Source of the DNA: a virus
Virus record (IMG/VR): IMGVR_UViG_3300021964_000041
Coordinates: 1 to 64,000 of that record
Length of the DNA stretch: 64,000 nucleotides
Direction: 5' to 3' (one strand)
Position 1 is the first letter of the stretch, and every line of letters starts with the position of its first letter. Position numbers and translations under genes: made by a program. Below the pieces are notes generated by a model. The model saw only the letters and a program-made list of their open reading frames with translations. It was not told the DNA's origin and did not search any database. This document shows, piece by piece, positions 37,416-46,716 of this stretch.

Positions 37416-39740
37416 ATGGGTAGAGTTAGATTTGATGCGCCGGGCACGGAATTTGATAATATTATCCTAAACAATGCGGCATCTGAAGATACCTTGAAAG
37501 ATCTTATTGCGGCTGTAGAAGGTAAAAGCAGGCGTGACAACAACAACAATAATAATCTGGATAATAGCAGTGGAAAAGCCAGTAGTGCATTGGCAAAAGT
37601 TGCCAAAGTTGGTGCATTAGTAGGACAAGCATTCGATGCCGTTGTAACTGGAGCGGCTGGTGTTGTAGCAGGATTAGCAACTTATACCAAAGAACAGAAA
37701 AAAACTTCTGCGGCTTTGCGAGATATGGCTGATCTATTACCAGGTTCAACAAGCAAACTAGCAAGATCTTTTGCTGATACAGCAGAGTTATTTCAAGACA
37801 ACTTCCTTGCTTTTAGAAAACTAAGCGGAACTGGTCTTACACTAGGCGACAGAATAATTGATTTAACCACTGATTTTACTACCCTAGGCATCGACCTTGA
37901 TAAACTGACAACACAACTTGCGGCAAACTCAGAAGGTATTGTAAGGATAGGTAGTGGAGCAAGAGGAGTAGGACTTGCTTTAGACGAATCAAAGCGTTTT
38001 ATAAATGAGTATGGTACTGATCTACAGAGATTTGGTTATGGTTTTGATGAAGCAAACGAAAAGTTCTTTACATTCCTAACACTAAACAGTCTAGCACTAA
38101 GAAAAAATGCAAGTGAAATGACAACACTAAGTCAACGTGGTGCAGAATATGCAAAATATCTAAGGCAGTACAGTGACCTAACAGGACAACAAGCAGACCA
38201 ACTAGAAGATCAAATGAAGAAACAGCAGTTGGATGCTATATTTGATAACTTTATTAGCAGTATTAATGATCCTCAAGAACGCGATAGAATTAGAAATGCT
38301 GTTGCCGCGGCCGGCGCACTAATGGCAGATGGAGGTAGAGAACTTGCCATGGCAACCGCAATGGGTATCCAACCTCAAACAGAGGCTAGTAGAAGTCTTG
38401 CAGGTGTTAACCTAGGCTTTGCAGACCAAATTACTAACAGTGTAAACATGGCTAGAACGTTTAATGGTAGCATAAGCGATTATAATAAAGCAGTGCTAAC
38501 TGGATATGTAAACACTAACAATGCAAATCAAGATTTCTTACAAAGATTTAACCAAACAGGGTTTGCAATATCACAACAAGGCGGACCACTTGCTGATACG
38601 TTTATGGGAATTTACAGAGCAAATCAGTTGTTAGGTAAAAGCCAAGGCGACCTCGAGGAAGTGTTTCGAGCAGGAGAAGAAAGAGTAGGTGATGCGGCTG
38701 AAGGTTTTATTCAACTAGATGATTCAATGAGACTGTTAAGAATGGGTATGTCGGATCTGTATGATAATGTTTTTGGAGATCCTGCATTCCAAGAAGGATT
38801 TAAAAATTTTGCAAACGAAGTTAAAGGGTTTGCAAGAAAAGCAGGATCCGGAGCATTTAGTGGTAGTGAGTCTGACGATATAGCAAGTAGCGGTGCTACT
38901 GATGTAAACAGTGGCGTAATAGATACAATAGTAAGTGACTTTCTTGAAGGATTTAGTAAATCAATCGGAGGTGGTGAATTACCTAGCGGTGGTGAACTAA
39001 TGGACCTTATAGAAAACGGAATCCTTTCTGATAGTGGCGGTGGTGCACAATTTATTAAAAGCATAAAAGAAGGATTAAAAAAGAAAGCACTTGCGTCAGG
39101 CACAGAATTAAGCAATGAACAACTTTCACAAGCAACTCTTCAAGCATTAAAAGAATATCTTGCAGATCCTAATGTAAGAGATGTAATATTTGATAGTGCT
39201 CGAAAACTAGGAAAACCTATTATAAATCAACAAATTGACGGTGTTACTAAGAACGAACAAGTAATAGGAAAAATTAAAGAATATAATAAAGGTACTTTAG
39301 GATTTGGAAAACTGTTTGAAAACTTTGGCGATGGTACACTAGCAAAATTACACGGTGAGGAAGCAGTTATTCCTAAAAAATCTCCACTAGGTGGAATGCT
39401 AGACATGATGCAGGGAGATTTAGGAAATCTTAAACAGAATATGTTTACTGCTGACGGTAAAATGAATGTTTCTGGAATGATGGAAGCAGGACAAGCAATG
39501 GGTGCCAAGTATGATGCCTATGCAAAAGAAAATCAAGGTGCTATCAAGGAACAAGGTCGCGGTTTGGTAAAATCCATGACCAATTTGACTGATGCAGATC
39601 TTGACAAGATGGAACAATCTAGTGTAAAATCAAATACAACTGCGAAATCTAGTACATCGGTAAATACTATGTCTGGCAATAAAATGGATGAATTAATAAG
39701 AATTAACAAACAAATGCTACAAGAATTACGTAGTATGTAA
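37416..39740 (+). CDS. Tape-measure-like protein
   Basis: 774 aa, A/G/Q-rich and helical; GTLAKLHGEEAVIP motif near the C-terminus; next to the chaperone pair. Confidence 0.65.
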   Translation: MGRVRFDAPGTEFDNIILNNAASEDTLKDLIAAVEGKSRRDNNNNNNLDNSSGKASSALAKVAKVGALVGQAFDAVVTGAAGVVAGLATYTKEQKKTSAALRDMADLLPGSTSKLARSFADTAELFQDNFLAFRKLSGTGLTLGDRIIDLTTDFTTLGIDLDKLTTQLAANSEGIVRIGSGARGVGLALDESKRFINEYGTDLQRFGYGFDEANEKFFTFLTLNSLALRKNASEMTTLSQRGAEYAKYLRQYSDLTGQQADQLEDQMKKQQLDAIFDNFISSINDPQERDRIRNAVAAAGALMADGGRELAMATAMGIQPQTEASRSLAGVNLGFADQITNSVNMARTFNGSISDYNKAVLTGYVNTNNANQDFLQRFNQTGFAISQQGGPLADTFMGIYRANQLLGKSQGDLEEVFRAGEERVGDAAEGFIQLDDSMRLLRMGMSDLYDNVFGDPAFQEGFKNFANEVKGFARKAGSGAFSGSESDDIASSGATDVNSGVIDTIVSDFLEGFSKSIGGGELPSGGELMDLIENGILSDSGGGAQFIKSIKEGLKKKALASGTELSNEQLSQATLQALKEYLADPNVRDVIFDSARKLGKPIINQQIDGVTKNEQVIGKIKEYNKGTLGFGKLFENFGDGTLAKLHGEEAVIPKKSPLGGMLDMMQGDLGNLKQNMFTADGKMNVSGMMEAGQAMGAKYDAYAKENQGAIKEQGRGLVKSMTNLTDADLDKMEQSSVKSNTTAKSSTSVNTMSGNKMDELIRINKQMLQELRSM
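39661..39666 (+). promoter_or_regulatory. Candidate internal late promoter for the portal gene
   Basis: catcggTAAATA 84 nt upstream of the portal ATG, inside the 3' end of the preceding gene. Confidence 0.45.
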
Positions 39741-39750
39741 GGAATTTTAA

Positions 39751-41490
39751 ATGAGTTGGAAAAGATACTTTCAAGAATACACACCTAAAGACACATCAGG
39801 ACAGTCTAGTCCTGTTCCAGGCACCGGTGCAGGTCCTGCACGTACTAACTATTCAAGTTATTTGCCAGATGTGTATACAGGTCACCCAAATCGTATTGAA
39901 CGTTATGGTCAATATGAAACAATGGATATGGATTCGGAAGTAAATGCCGCTCTTGATATCCTTGCAGAATTTTGTTCACAGAAAAATGCAGAAAACAAAA
40001 CACCATTTACAATTACATATAAAAAGCAAGGTACTAGCACAGAAACAAAAGTTTTAAAACAGTATTTGCAACAATGGTGCGACCTAAACAGGTTTGAAAG
40101 ACGTATTTTTAAAATTGTGCGTAACGTATTCAAATACGGTGATGCATTTTTTGTAAGAGATCCTGAAACATTTAAGTGGATGCATGTTGATCCATCTAAG
40201 ATGGACAAGATTATTGTTAATGAAAGTGAAGGCAAAGAGCCAGAACAGTATGTTGTAAGAGATATTAATCCTAACTTTCAAAATTTATCAGTAACACAGA
40301 TTGATTCTAGAAGTTCTTCTTCACAAAGTGAGTATACAACAAGTGGCGGAGCACTAGGACGTGGTTATGTTGGCGGTGTAAACAGTGCAACCGGTACACG
40401 TTTTGAAAACAATCTAAATCAATATGCAATTGATGCCGCACATTTTGTACATTTAAGTTTAAGTGAAGGCCTAGACAGAAACTTTCCATTTGGTAATTCA
40501 CTGTTAGAGTCAGTTTTTAAAGTTTACAAACAAAAAGAATTATTAGAAGATGCGATTATTATCTACCGTGTGCAAAGAGCACCAGAGCGTAGAGTATTTT
40601 ATATTGATGTAGGTAATATGCCTACCCACCTTGCTATGGGATTTGTTGAAAGAGTTAAAAACGAAATTCATCAAAGACGTATTCCAAGTTCAACAGGCGG
40701 CGGAACTAATGTTATTGATGCTAGTTTTAATCCATTATCAATTAATGAAGATTACTTTTTCCCACAAACAGCAGAAGGACGTGGATCTAAAGTTGAAACG
40801 TTACCAGGCGGTACTAATTTAGGTGAAATTGATGATTTGAAATTCTTTACTAACAAGTTATTCCGTGGTTTACGTATTCCAAGTTCATACTTGCCAACAG
40901 GTGCAGATGATTCAGCCGCACAATATAATGATGGTAGAGTTGGCACAGCATATATTCAGGAACTAAGATTCAACAAATATTGTGAAAGATTACAAAGTCT
41001 TGTAGCACACGTATTTGATAAAGAGTTTAAAATGTATCTAAACGCCAAAGGCGTAAACATTGACAACGATTTATTTGATCTAATGTTTCAACCACCACAA
41101 AACTTTGCCGCTTATAGACAAAGTGAAATGGATAATGCTCGTGTTAACACATTTGCTTCCTTACAAGAAATTCCATATATGAGTAAACGCTTTGCACTTA
41201 AACGTTTCTTAGGACTAAGTCCAGAAGAAATGGCAGAAAACGAAACTATGTGGCGTGAAGAAAATACAGATGATAACATTTCTAATCCAGCCGCAGGTGT
41301 TGAGATGCGTGGAGCAGGTGTAACACCTGGAGGAATGCAAAGTGATCTAGACAATCTTGGTGATGCAACACCAGATGCAGATGCACCACCGCCAGCAGAA
41401 GAAGGCGGAAACACTACACCAGCAGGTGGCGGCGGCGGAGGAGCAACACCTACTCCTGGCGCAGGTGGTGGCGGTGACACAGGATTATAA
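39751..41490 (+). CDS. gp20: Portal vertex protein, T4 gp20-like
   Basis: LLEDAIIIYRVQRAPERRVFYIDVGNMP, EDYFFP....GRGSKVETLPGGTNLGEIDDLKFF, LRIPSSYL, ELRFNKYCERLQ. Confidence 0.95.
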   Translation: MSWKRYFQEYTPKDTSGQSSPVPGTGAGPARTNYSSYLPDVYTGHPNRIERYGQYETMDMDSEVNAALDILAEFCSQKNAENKTPFTITYKKQGTSTETKVLKQYLQQWCDLNRFERRIFKIVRNVFKYGDAFFVRDPETFKWMHVDPSKMDKIIVNESEGKEPEQYVVRDINPNFQNLSVTQIDSRSSSSQSEYTTSGGALGRGYVGGVNSATGTRFENNLNQYAIDAAHFVHLSLSEGLDRNFPFGNSLLESVFKVYKQKELLEDAIIIYRVQRAPERRVFYIDVGNMPTHLAMGFVERVKNEIHQRRIPSSTGGGTNVIDASFNPLSINEDYFFPQTAEGRGSKVETLPGGTNLGEIDDLKFFTNKLFRGLRIPSSYLPTGADDSAAQYNDGRVGTAYIQELRFNKYCERLQSLVAHVFDKEFKMYLNAKGVNIDNDLFDLMFQPPQNFAAYRQSEMDNARVNTFASLQEIPYMSKRFALKRFLGLSPEEMAENETMWREENTDDNISNPAAGVEMRGAGVTPGGMQSDLDNLGDATPDADAPPPAEEGGNTTPAGGGGGGATPTPGAGGGGDTGL

Positions 41491-41503
41491 GGTAAATAAA
41501 AAC

Positions 41504-41752
41504 ATGTTGTTAAAAGAATTCTTTTATTTTGATAAAGATGGAAATAGTTTCGGTCAAGACAATCGTTATGACGCTGAAAGAGATATTTCTGTGGTTAAAC
41601 AGGATGATACTAGAAAAACTAGATTAACTCTTAGTCAAATTAATACTATTCGCAAAACAGCAGAGGCTAGAGAATTAGAACAAGCCAAAGACCTAGAGTT
41701 TGTAAAAACTATGTACGGTCAACCACCAGCGGACCAGGCTGGAACACTTTAA
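41504..41752 (+). CDS. Conserved hypothetical protein, 82 aa (MLLKEFFYF...DTRKTRLTLSQINTIRK)
   Basis: Start re-called from 41357 to 41504: avoids overlap with the portal gene and follows TAAATA(41493-98)-N5-ATG. Confidence 0.75.
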   Translation: MLLKEFFYFDKDGNSFGQDNRYDAERDISVVKQDDTRKTRLTLSQINTIRKTAEARELEQAKDLEFVKTMYGQPPADQAGTL

Positions 41753-41776
41753 TAAATTATTTCCGTAAATAAAAAC

Positions 41777-42364
41777 ATGCGTAGAGTTGGGTATGTATTA
41801 GGTAACGGAACCTCTAGAAAGAAGTTCGACCTTAACAAATTAAAAGATAAAGAAATAGTTTATGCCTGTAATGCAGTGTATAGAGAGTTTCTTCCCAATA
41901 AACTTATCGCTGTAGATCCTAAAATGGTTCATGAAATAGTTGCCTCAAGGGCACACTTTGAAACAGAAGTATGGACCAACTATAATAAAGCATACGATGA
42001 ATACGTCGGATTAAACTACTTTAGTCCAAGCAAAGGATGGAGTAGTGGACCTACTGCACTGCTTAGAGCCTGTTTAGATGGCTGTCAAACCATCTATATT
42101 TTAGGGTTTGACTATGTAGGATTGCAGGGCGGACGTAAAGTAAACAACATATATGCAGGCACACCTAACTATAAACAGGCACACGAACCAGCAACCTACT
42201 ATGGAAACTGGCTAAGACAAACAGAAACCATACTTAGAGACCACTCAGACCGCGAATTTATACGTGTTGTAGGCAAAAAAGACTACAATCCTAACAATTT
42301 TAATAACTTTAATAACTATAAAACCATCAGTTATAAAGAGTTTGAGGAGTATCTTGATAAGTAA
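41777..42364 (+). CDS. CstII/Maf(DUF115)-like nucleotide-sugar-binding protein, putative glycosyltransferase
   Basis: VLGNGTSR...YACNAVY...AVD...WSSGPTALLRACLDGCQTIYILGFDY parallels the GNGPS / CN / SG / IYL.G.D motifs; own TAAATA(41766-71)-N5-ATG. Confidence 0.6.
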   Translation: MRRVGYVLGNGTSRKKFDLNKLKDKEIVYACNAVYREFLPNKLIAVDPKMVHEIVASRAHFETEVWTNYNKAYDEYVGLNYFSPSKGWSSGPTALLRACLDGCQTIYILGFDYVGLQGGRKVNNIYAGTPNYKQAHEPATYYGNWLRQTETILRDHSDREFIRVVGKKDYNPNNFNNFNNYKTISYKEFEEYLDK

Positions 42365-42370
42365 AGATAT

Positions 42371-42426
42371 AAAAAACCGCGATTTTACCACCATTTGGAC
42401 CGGTAAAACTGGTTTTTTTGTAAATA
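42371..42426 (+). terminator. Terminator-like hairpin immediately followed by late promoter TAAATA (42421-26)
   Basis: AAAAAACC/GGTTTTTT and TTTTACC/GGTAAAA arms with a T-run. Confidence 0.6.
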
Positions 42427-42470
42427 TATTATGACAGCCTTGCCAATTAACAAAATGAAGGAGAAATAAG

Positions 42471-43328
42471 ATGTCTGACAATACAAAGTTTGAACAATTA
42501 TTAGACCTTCTCGTAAACGAAGAAAAGGATAAAGCAGAATCTTTATTCCACGATATCGTTGTTGAGAAGTCAAAAGAGATTTATCAAGGATTAATTGAAT
42601 CTGATGAATCAGAAAAAGAAGATGAAGTTGAAGAAACTTCAGAAAAAGATGAAGATGCTGTAGAAGAAGCAACTGATACAGAAGAAGAAAAAACAGATGA
42701 GTCATTTGATGACGAGTCAGTAGAAGAAGTTGGTGGCGATGCCGCTGACGATATGGTTTCAGATGTTGAAGCACCAGACGCTGAAGGCGATATGGACTTT
42801 GACGGAGACGGCGAAATGGACGATCATGAAGATTCACATGATGACATTGAAGACCGTGTTGTTGACCTAGAAGATGCTTTAGACGAACTAAAAGCAGAGT
42901 TTGAAGAAATGATGGGCGACAAAGAAGGCGGAGAGGGCGAAGAAGAAATGCCTGCCGCTGATGAAGAAGAATCAGAAGAAGCCGAAGAAGAAGCAATCCA
43001 ATCACCGTTTGAAGCAACAGAAGAAGACGGTGAAGAAGTTGAAGAAGGTGCAAAAAGAGAAAAATCCGTTGGCGAGACTATGAGAGAATATGTCGAAAAA
43101 GTCTCTGCACCTAATAATTCAGAAGGCGCTGATAACACTGCGAGTCCAGTAGCATCGAAAGGTGGCAAAGACTCAGGTGCTGATGGTAAAAACATTGCAC
43201 AAAGCGGTGAAGAAAAGGGCGGTAGTGCCGTTAAAGCCAAGGACATGGGAAAATCTTTCGAGAATGAACCAGGTTCAAAAGCAGGCGACACTTTTAAGAA
43301 AGCATCTGCACCAAAGAGTGCTGAATAA
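42471..43328 (+). CDS. Highly acidic prohead core / scaffolding-type protein
   Basis: 285 aa, extremely D/E-rich, directly upstream of the protease; AAGGAG SD; L-x-E sites of the type cut by gp21. Confidence 0.65.
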   Translation: MSDNTKFEQLLDLLVNEEKDKAESLFHDIVVEKSKEIYQGLIESDESEKEDEVEETSEKDEDAVEEATDTEEEKTDESFDDESVEEVGGDAADDMVSDVEAPDAEGDMDFDGDGEMDDHEDSHDDIEDRVVDLEDALDELKAEFEEMMGDKEGGEGEEEMPAADEEESEEAEEEAIQSPFEATEEDGEEVEEGAKREKSVGETMREYVEKVSAPNNSEGADNTASPVASKGGKDSGADGKNIAQSGEEKGGSAVKAKDMGKSFENEPGSKAGDTFKKASAPKSAE

Positions 43329-43347
43329 TTGTTAAGGAGAAAGCCAA

Positions 43348-43974
43348 ATGGCTTACTTACGTGAGAATTTGACATTTGACCAAGCACAGGTCACCCTAGA
43401 GTCTAAAGGAGAAGGAGATTCCAAGGATCTTTATCTCAAAGGCATCTGTATTCAGGGTGGTGTCAAAAACGCTAATCAGCGTGTTTACCCTGTTTCCGAA
43501 ATAGGCAACGCTGTTAAGACTCTAAAAGATCAAATTCATGGCGGTTATTCTGTACTAGGTGAAGTAGATCACCCAGATGATTTGAAAGTAAACTTGGACC
43601 GTGTATCGCATATGATTACTGATATGTGGATGGACGGACCGAACGGATTTGGCAAGATGAAAATCTTGCCGACTCCAATGGGTAATCTAGTTAAAACAAT
43701 GCTGGAAAGCGGAGTTAAACTAGGAGTATCCAGTAGGGGTAGTGGAAATGTTAGCGAATCCAATGGTGAAGTTAGCGATTTCGAAATTATCACGGTTGAC
43801 GTGGTAGCACAACCTAGTGCCCCGGGTGCATATCCAACACCAATCTATGAACATTTTATGAATACAAAAGGTGGTTATAGTGCGTTAAGGACTGCGTCAG
43901 AGGTACAACAAGATGCTAGAGCACAAAAGCATCTTAAGGAAGCAATGCTAAGAGTCATAAAAGGCTTAAAGTAA
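43348..43974 (+). CDS. gp21: Prohead protease, T4 gp21-like
   Basis: LYLKGICIQGGVKNANQRVYP, GEVDHP, VSH, PTPMG, LGVSSRGSG, DVVAQPSAPGAY. Confidence 0.95.
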   Translation: MAYLRENLTFDQAQVTLESKGEGDSKDLYLKGICIQGGVKNANQRVYPVSEIGNAVKTLKDQIHGGYSVLGEVDHPDDLKVNLDRVSHMITDMWMDGPNGFGKMKILPTPMGNLVKTMLESGVKLGVSSRGSGNVSESNGEVSDFEIITVDVVAQPSAPGAYPTPIYEHFMNTKGGYSALRTASEVQQDARAQKHLKEAMLRVIKGLK

Positions 43975-43990
43975 CAATAGGAGAAACACG

Positions 43991-45076
43991 ATGAGTGATG
44001 TTTTTAATAAACTTTTTGAAACAGGTATTATCAGTGAAGAGGTCAAAGACCAAATTACTGGTGCTTGGGACGAAAAGATTAAAGAACACCGTGATAGTGT
44101 GACTGCTGAACTCCGTGAAGAATTTGCGAATCGCTACGAACATGACAAACAAAACATGGTCGAAGCAATTGATCGCATGGTCTCCGAGCGTTTGGAATCA
44201 GAAGTTGCTGAATTTGCTGAAGATAAGAAATCACTTGCAGAAGCAAGGGTTGAATATAAGAAGAAAGTCAGTGAGCATTCTGAGAAATTGCAAGAGTTTA
44301 TGCTCAAGCAATTAACCAAAGAAATTGCAGAGTTGAATGAGGACCGTCAAAAAGTCACTGAAAACTTTGCTAAACTTGAAGACTTTGTCGTGAAAGCACT
44401 CGCAAAAGAAATCAACGAGTTTGCAGAAGACAAAAAAGATCTTGCAGAAACCAAGGTTAAACTTGTAAAAGAAGCAAAATCAAAATTCAATGAACTTAGA
44501 TCTAAGTTTGTTGAAAAATCCGCTAAAGTGGTTGAGTCTGCTGTTAATGAAAAATTAGCAACAGAAATCAAACAACTCAAAGAAGATATCACGGCTTCAA
44601 GAGAAAACTACTTTGGTAGAAAAATATTCGAAGCATTTGCTAACGAGTATGGTTCTTCTTACTTAAACGAAAAATCAGAAACTTCTAAGTTGATGAAAAT
44701 CGTTGCTGAGAAAGAAGAAGCATTAGCAGAGGCTAAGAAACAAGTCACAGAGAAGGCTACACTTGTTGAGTCTAAGGAAGCAGAAATTGCTAAAGCCAAA
44801 GACGAAGCAGAGAGAGTTGCAGTGATGAACGAGTTGCTATCTCCATTAGGCACAGACAAAAAAGAAATAATGTCTGAATTACTGGAGTCAGTGCAAACGA
44901 ACAAGTTGCACTCAGCATTTGAGAAGTATCTACCAGCAGTAATGGAAGATAAGGCTCCAAGAGTAAAAAAGGCATTAAATGAAGGCGTAGAAGTAACAGG
45001 CAACAAAGAACACACAATTAAGGAAGATACTGATTCAAACTTAATTGAACTCCGCAGATTAGCGGGATTAAACTAA
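43991..45076 (+). CDS. gp22: Prohead scaffolding protein, T4 gp22-like
   Basis: 361 aa, E/K-rich coiled coil between protease and MCP; GRKIFEAFANEY motif. Confidence 0.8.
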   Translation: MSDVFNKLFETGIISEEVKDQITGAWDEKIKEHRDSVTAELREEFANRYEHDKQNMVEAIDRMVSERLESEVAEFAEDKKSLAEARVEYKKKVSEHSEKLQEFMLKQLTKEIAELNEDRQKVTENFAKLEDFVVKALAKEINEFAEDKKDLAETKVKLVKEAKSKFNELRSKFVEKSAKVVESAVNEKLATEIKQLKEDITASRENYFGRKIFEAFANEYGSSYLNEKSETSKLMKIVAEKEEALAEAKKQVTEKATLVESKEAEIAKAKDEAERVAVMNELLSPLGTDKKEIMSELLESVQTNKLHSAFEKYLPAVMEDKAPRVKKALNEGVEVTGNKEHTIKEDTDSNLIELRRLAGLN

Positions 45077-45092
45077 AAAGGAGAGACAAAAA

Positions 45093-46265
45093 ATGTCAGA
45101 TAATATCAACAACAACTGGCAGGAAACCAAAGAAGCACTTTTAGAAGGCCTAAATGGTTCGAAAAAAGGTGTAATGGACGTCACTCTCGAGAACACTCGT
45201 AAGTATCTCGCTGAGGCGGCATCTTCTGGGGCAACTTCCGCAGGGAACGTAGCAACTCTTAACAGAGTTATCCTTCCAGTAATTAGACGTGTAATGCCAA
45301 CTACAATCGCAAATGAGATTGTTGGTGTTCAACCAATGACTGGACCTGTAGCACAGATCCATACATTACGTGTCCGTTATGCAGACACAGCAGACACAGC
45401 AACAGCGGGTGAAGAAGCACTTTCTCCATTCAAAATTGCTGAAGGTTATTCAGGTAACGCATCTACTAATGGCGCAGACGCAACTGCAACGTTAGAAGGT
45501 ACACCTGGTAACAAGTTGTCAATTCAAATCTTAAAACAAGCAGTAGAAGCGAAAACTCGTAAACTATCTGCACGTTGGACATTTGAAGCGGCACAAGATG
45601 CACAAGCACAACAAGGCATCGACGTAGAGGCTGAAATTATGGCGGCTTTAGCACAAGAAATTACTGCTGAAATCGACCAAGAGATCATCCAATCACTTCG
45701 TTCATTAGCATCAGTTGAAGAAACTTACAACCAAGCAGGTGTAAGTGGTACAGCAACTTTCGTTGGTGACGAACATGCGGCGTTAGCAGTTCTAATTAAC
45801 AGAACTTCTAACAAGATCGCTCAGCGTACACGTAGAGGCGCAGGTAACTTTGCAGTGGTTTCAAACCAAGCATTAACTATCCTACAGTCTGCTACAACTT
45901 CAGCGTTCGCAAGAACTACAGAAGGTACATTTGAAGGACCAACAAATACTAAATTTGTAGGAACTTTAAACAACTCTATGAGAGTTTACGTTGACGCTTA
46001 TCTTGCTGATTCAGGTCAAGATGACAACCAAGTGTTAGTTGGTTACAAAGGCTCATCAGAAGCAGATGCGGCGGCATTCTATTGCCCATACATTCCGCTA
46101 ATGTCTTCAGGTGTTGTACTAGATCCAGCAACATTTGAACCAGTTGTTTCTTTCATGACACGTTACGGTTATGTAGAATTAACAAACACTGCATCTTCAC
46201 TTGGTAACGCGGCTGACTACTTAGGCAGAGTATCAATTACTTCTGCTAACGTATCATTCTCGTAA
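45093..46265 (+). CDS. gp23: Major capsid protein, T4 gp23-like (short, 390 aa)
   Basis: IRRVMP..IANEIVGVQPMTGP, KTRKLSARWTFEAAQD, EITAEIDQEI, TRRGAGNF, FYCPYIPL, FEPVVSFMTRYG; LAE/A maturation-type site near residue 42. Confidence 0.96.
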   Translation: MSDNINNNWQETKEALLEGLNGSKKGVMDVTLENTRKYLAEAASSGATSAGNVATLNRVILPVIRRVMPTTIANEIVGVQPMTGPVAQIHTLRVRYADTADTATAGEEALSPFKIAEGYSGNASTNGADATATLEGTPGNKLSIQILKQAVEAKTRKLSARWTFEAAQDAQAQQGIDVEAEIMAALAQEITAEIDQEIIQSLRSLASVEETYNQAGVSGTATFVGDEHAALAVLINRTSNKIAQRTRRGAGNFAVVSNQALTILQSATTSAFARTTEGTFEGPTNTKFVGTLNNSMRVYVDAYLADSGQDDNQVLVGYKGSSEADAAAFYCPYIPLMSSGVVLDPATFEPVVSFMTRYGYVELTNTASSLGNAADYLGRVSITSANVSFS

Positions 46266-46287
46266 TCCATAGAAGATAACGTAATCC

Positions 46288-46319
46288 AAATAGGGCGGCT
46301 TAGGTCGCCCTATTTTTTT
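46288..46319 (+). terminator. Rho-independent terminator after the MCP gene
   Basis: AAATAGGGCGGC-TTAG-GTCGCCCTATTT followed by a T-run. Confidence 0.9.
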
Positions 46320-46334
46320 GGCTTAAATACAGTT

Positions 46335-46610
46335 ATGAAAGAATTAGAAACATCACTGGATTGGCAAGCCATTGAACAAGAACTCAGAGAGATGGGAAAA
46401 ACTGCTCCTGAGTTTAGATTTAATATTATAAAATTTTGTTCATCAATACAAAGCGAAGTACGAAAACTTTCAGATATTGAAATAGATATTAGAAGAAGAC
46501 CAAGCGATAGTTTATTAGTAAAGCATAAAGATCAATCTAAAAAGATCAATGATGCAATAAAATTGTTCTCACAAACACACTTATTACACCTGTTTAGCAG
46601 GGTTGACTAA
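46335..46610 (+). CDS. Hypothetical protein, 91 aa
   Basis: Clean ORF filling the gap; TAAATA(46324-29)-cagtt-ATG. Confidence 0.75.
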   Translation: MKELETSLDWQAIEQELREMGKTAPEFRFNIIKFCSSIQSEVRKLSDIEIDIRRRPSDSLLVKHKDQSKKINDAIKLFSQTHLLHLFSRVD

Positions 46611-46716
46611 ATACATTGTCAGATATGTTCCATTCGAAGTAATGGACTTATGCAGTACTAAACCCACTGCGTACCGGCTAGAACCCGGATCGGACTTCTA
46701 AAAAAGGAGAAAACAA
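46608..46716 (+). promoter_or_regulatory. Late promoter TAAATA plus ~100-nt structured 5' leader
   Basis: TAAATA 46608-13; stems 46629-34/46641-46, 46649-56/46666-73, 46674-77/46685-88, 46679-83/46696-700; SD AAGGAG. Confidence 0.6.

Noticed and set aside
37537-37556. AAC/AAT run encoding poly-Asn in the tape-measure gene
   Set aside because: Short in-frame low-complexity linker; no evidence for phase variation.
41357-41503. ORF-track N-terminal extension of the 131-aa ORF
   Set aside because: Overlaps the portal C-terminus out of frame; the ATG at 41504 has the TAAATA-N5 signature.
42385-43387. Long antisense ORFs (222 and 187 aa) opposite the acidic core protein, and the many other short antisense or nested ORFs in the track
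   Set aside because: Shadow frames caused by GAA/GAT-rich or otherwise biased codon usage of the real genes; low-complexity L/S-rich translations.
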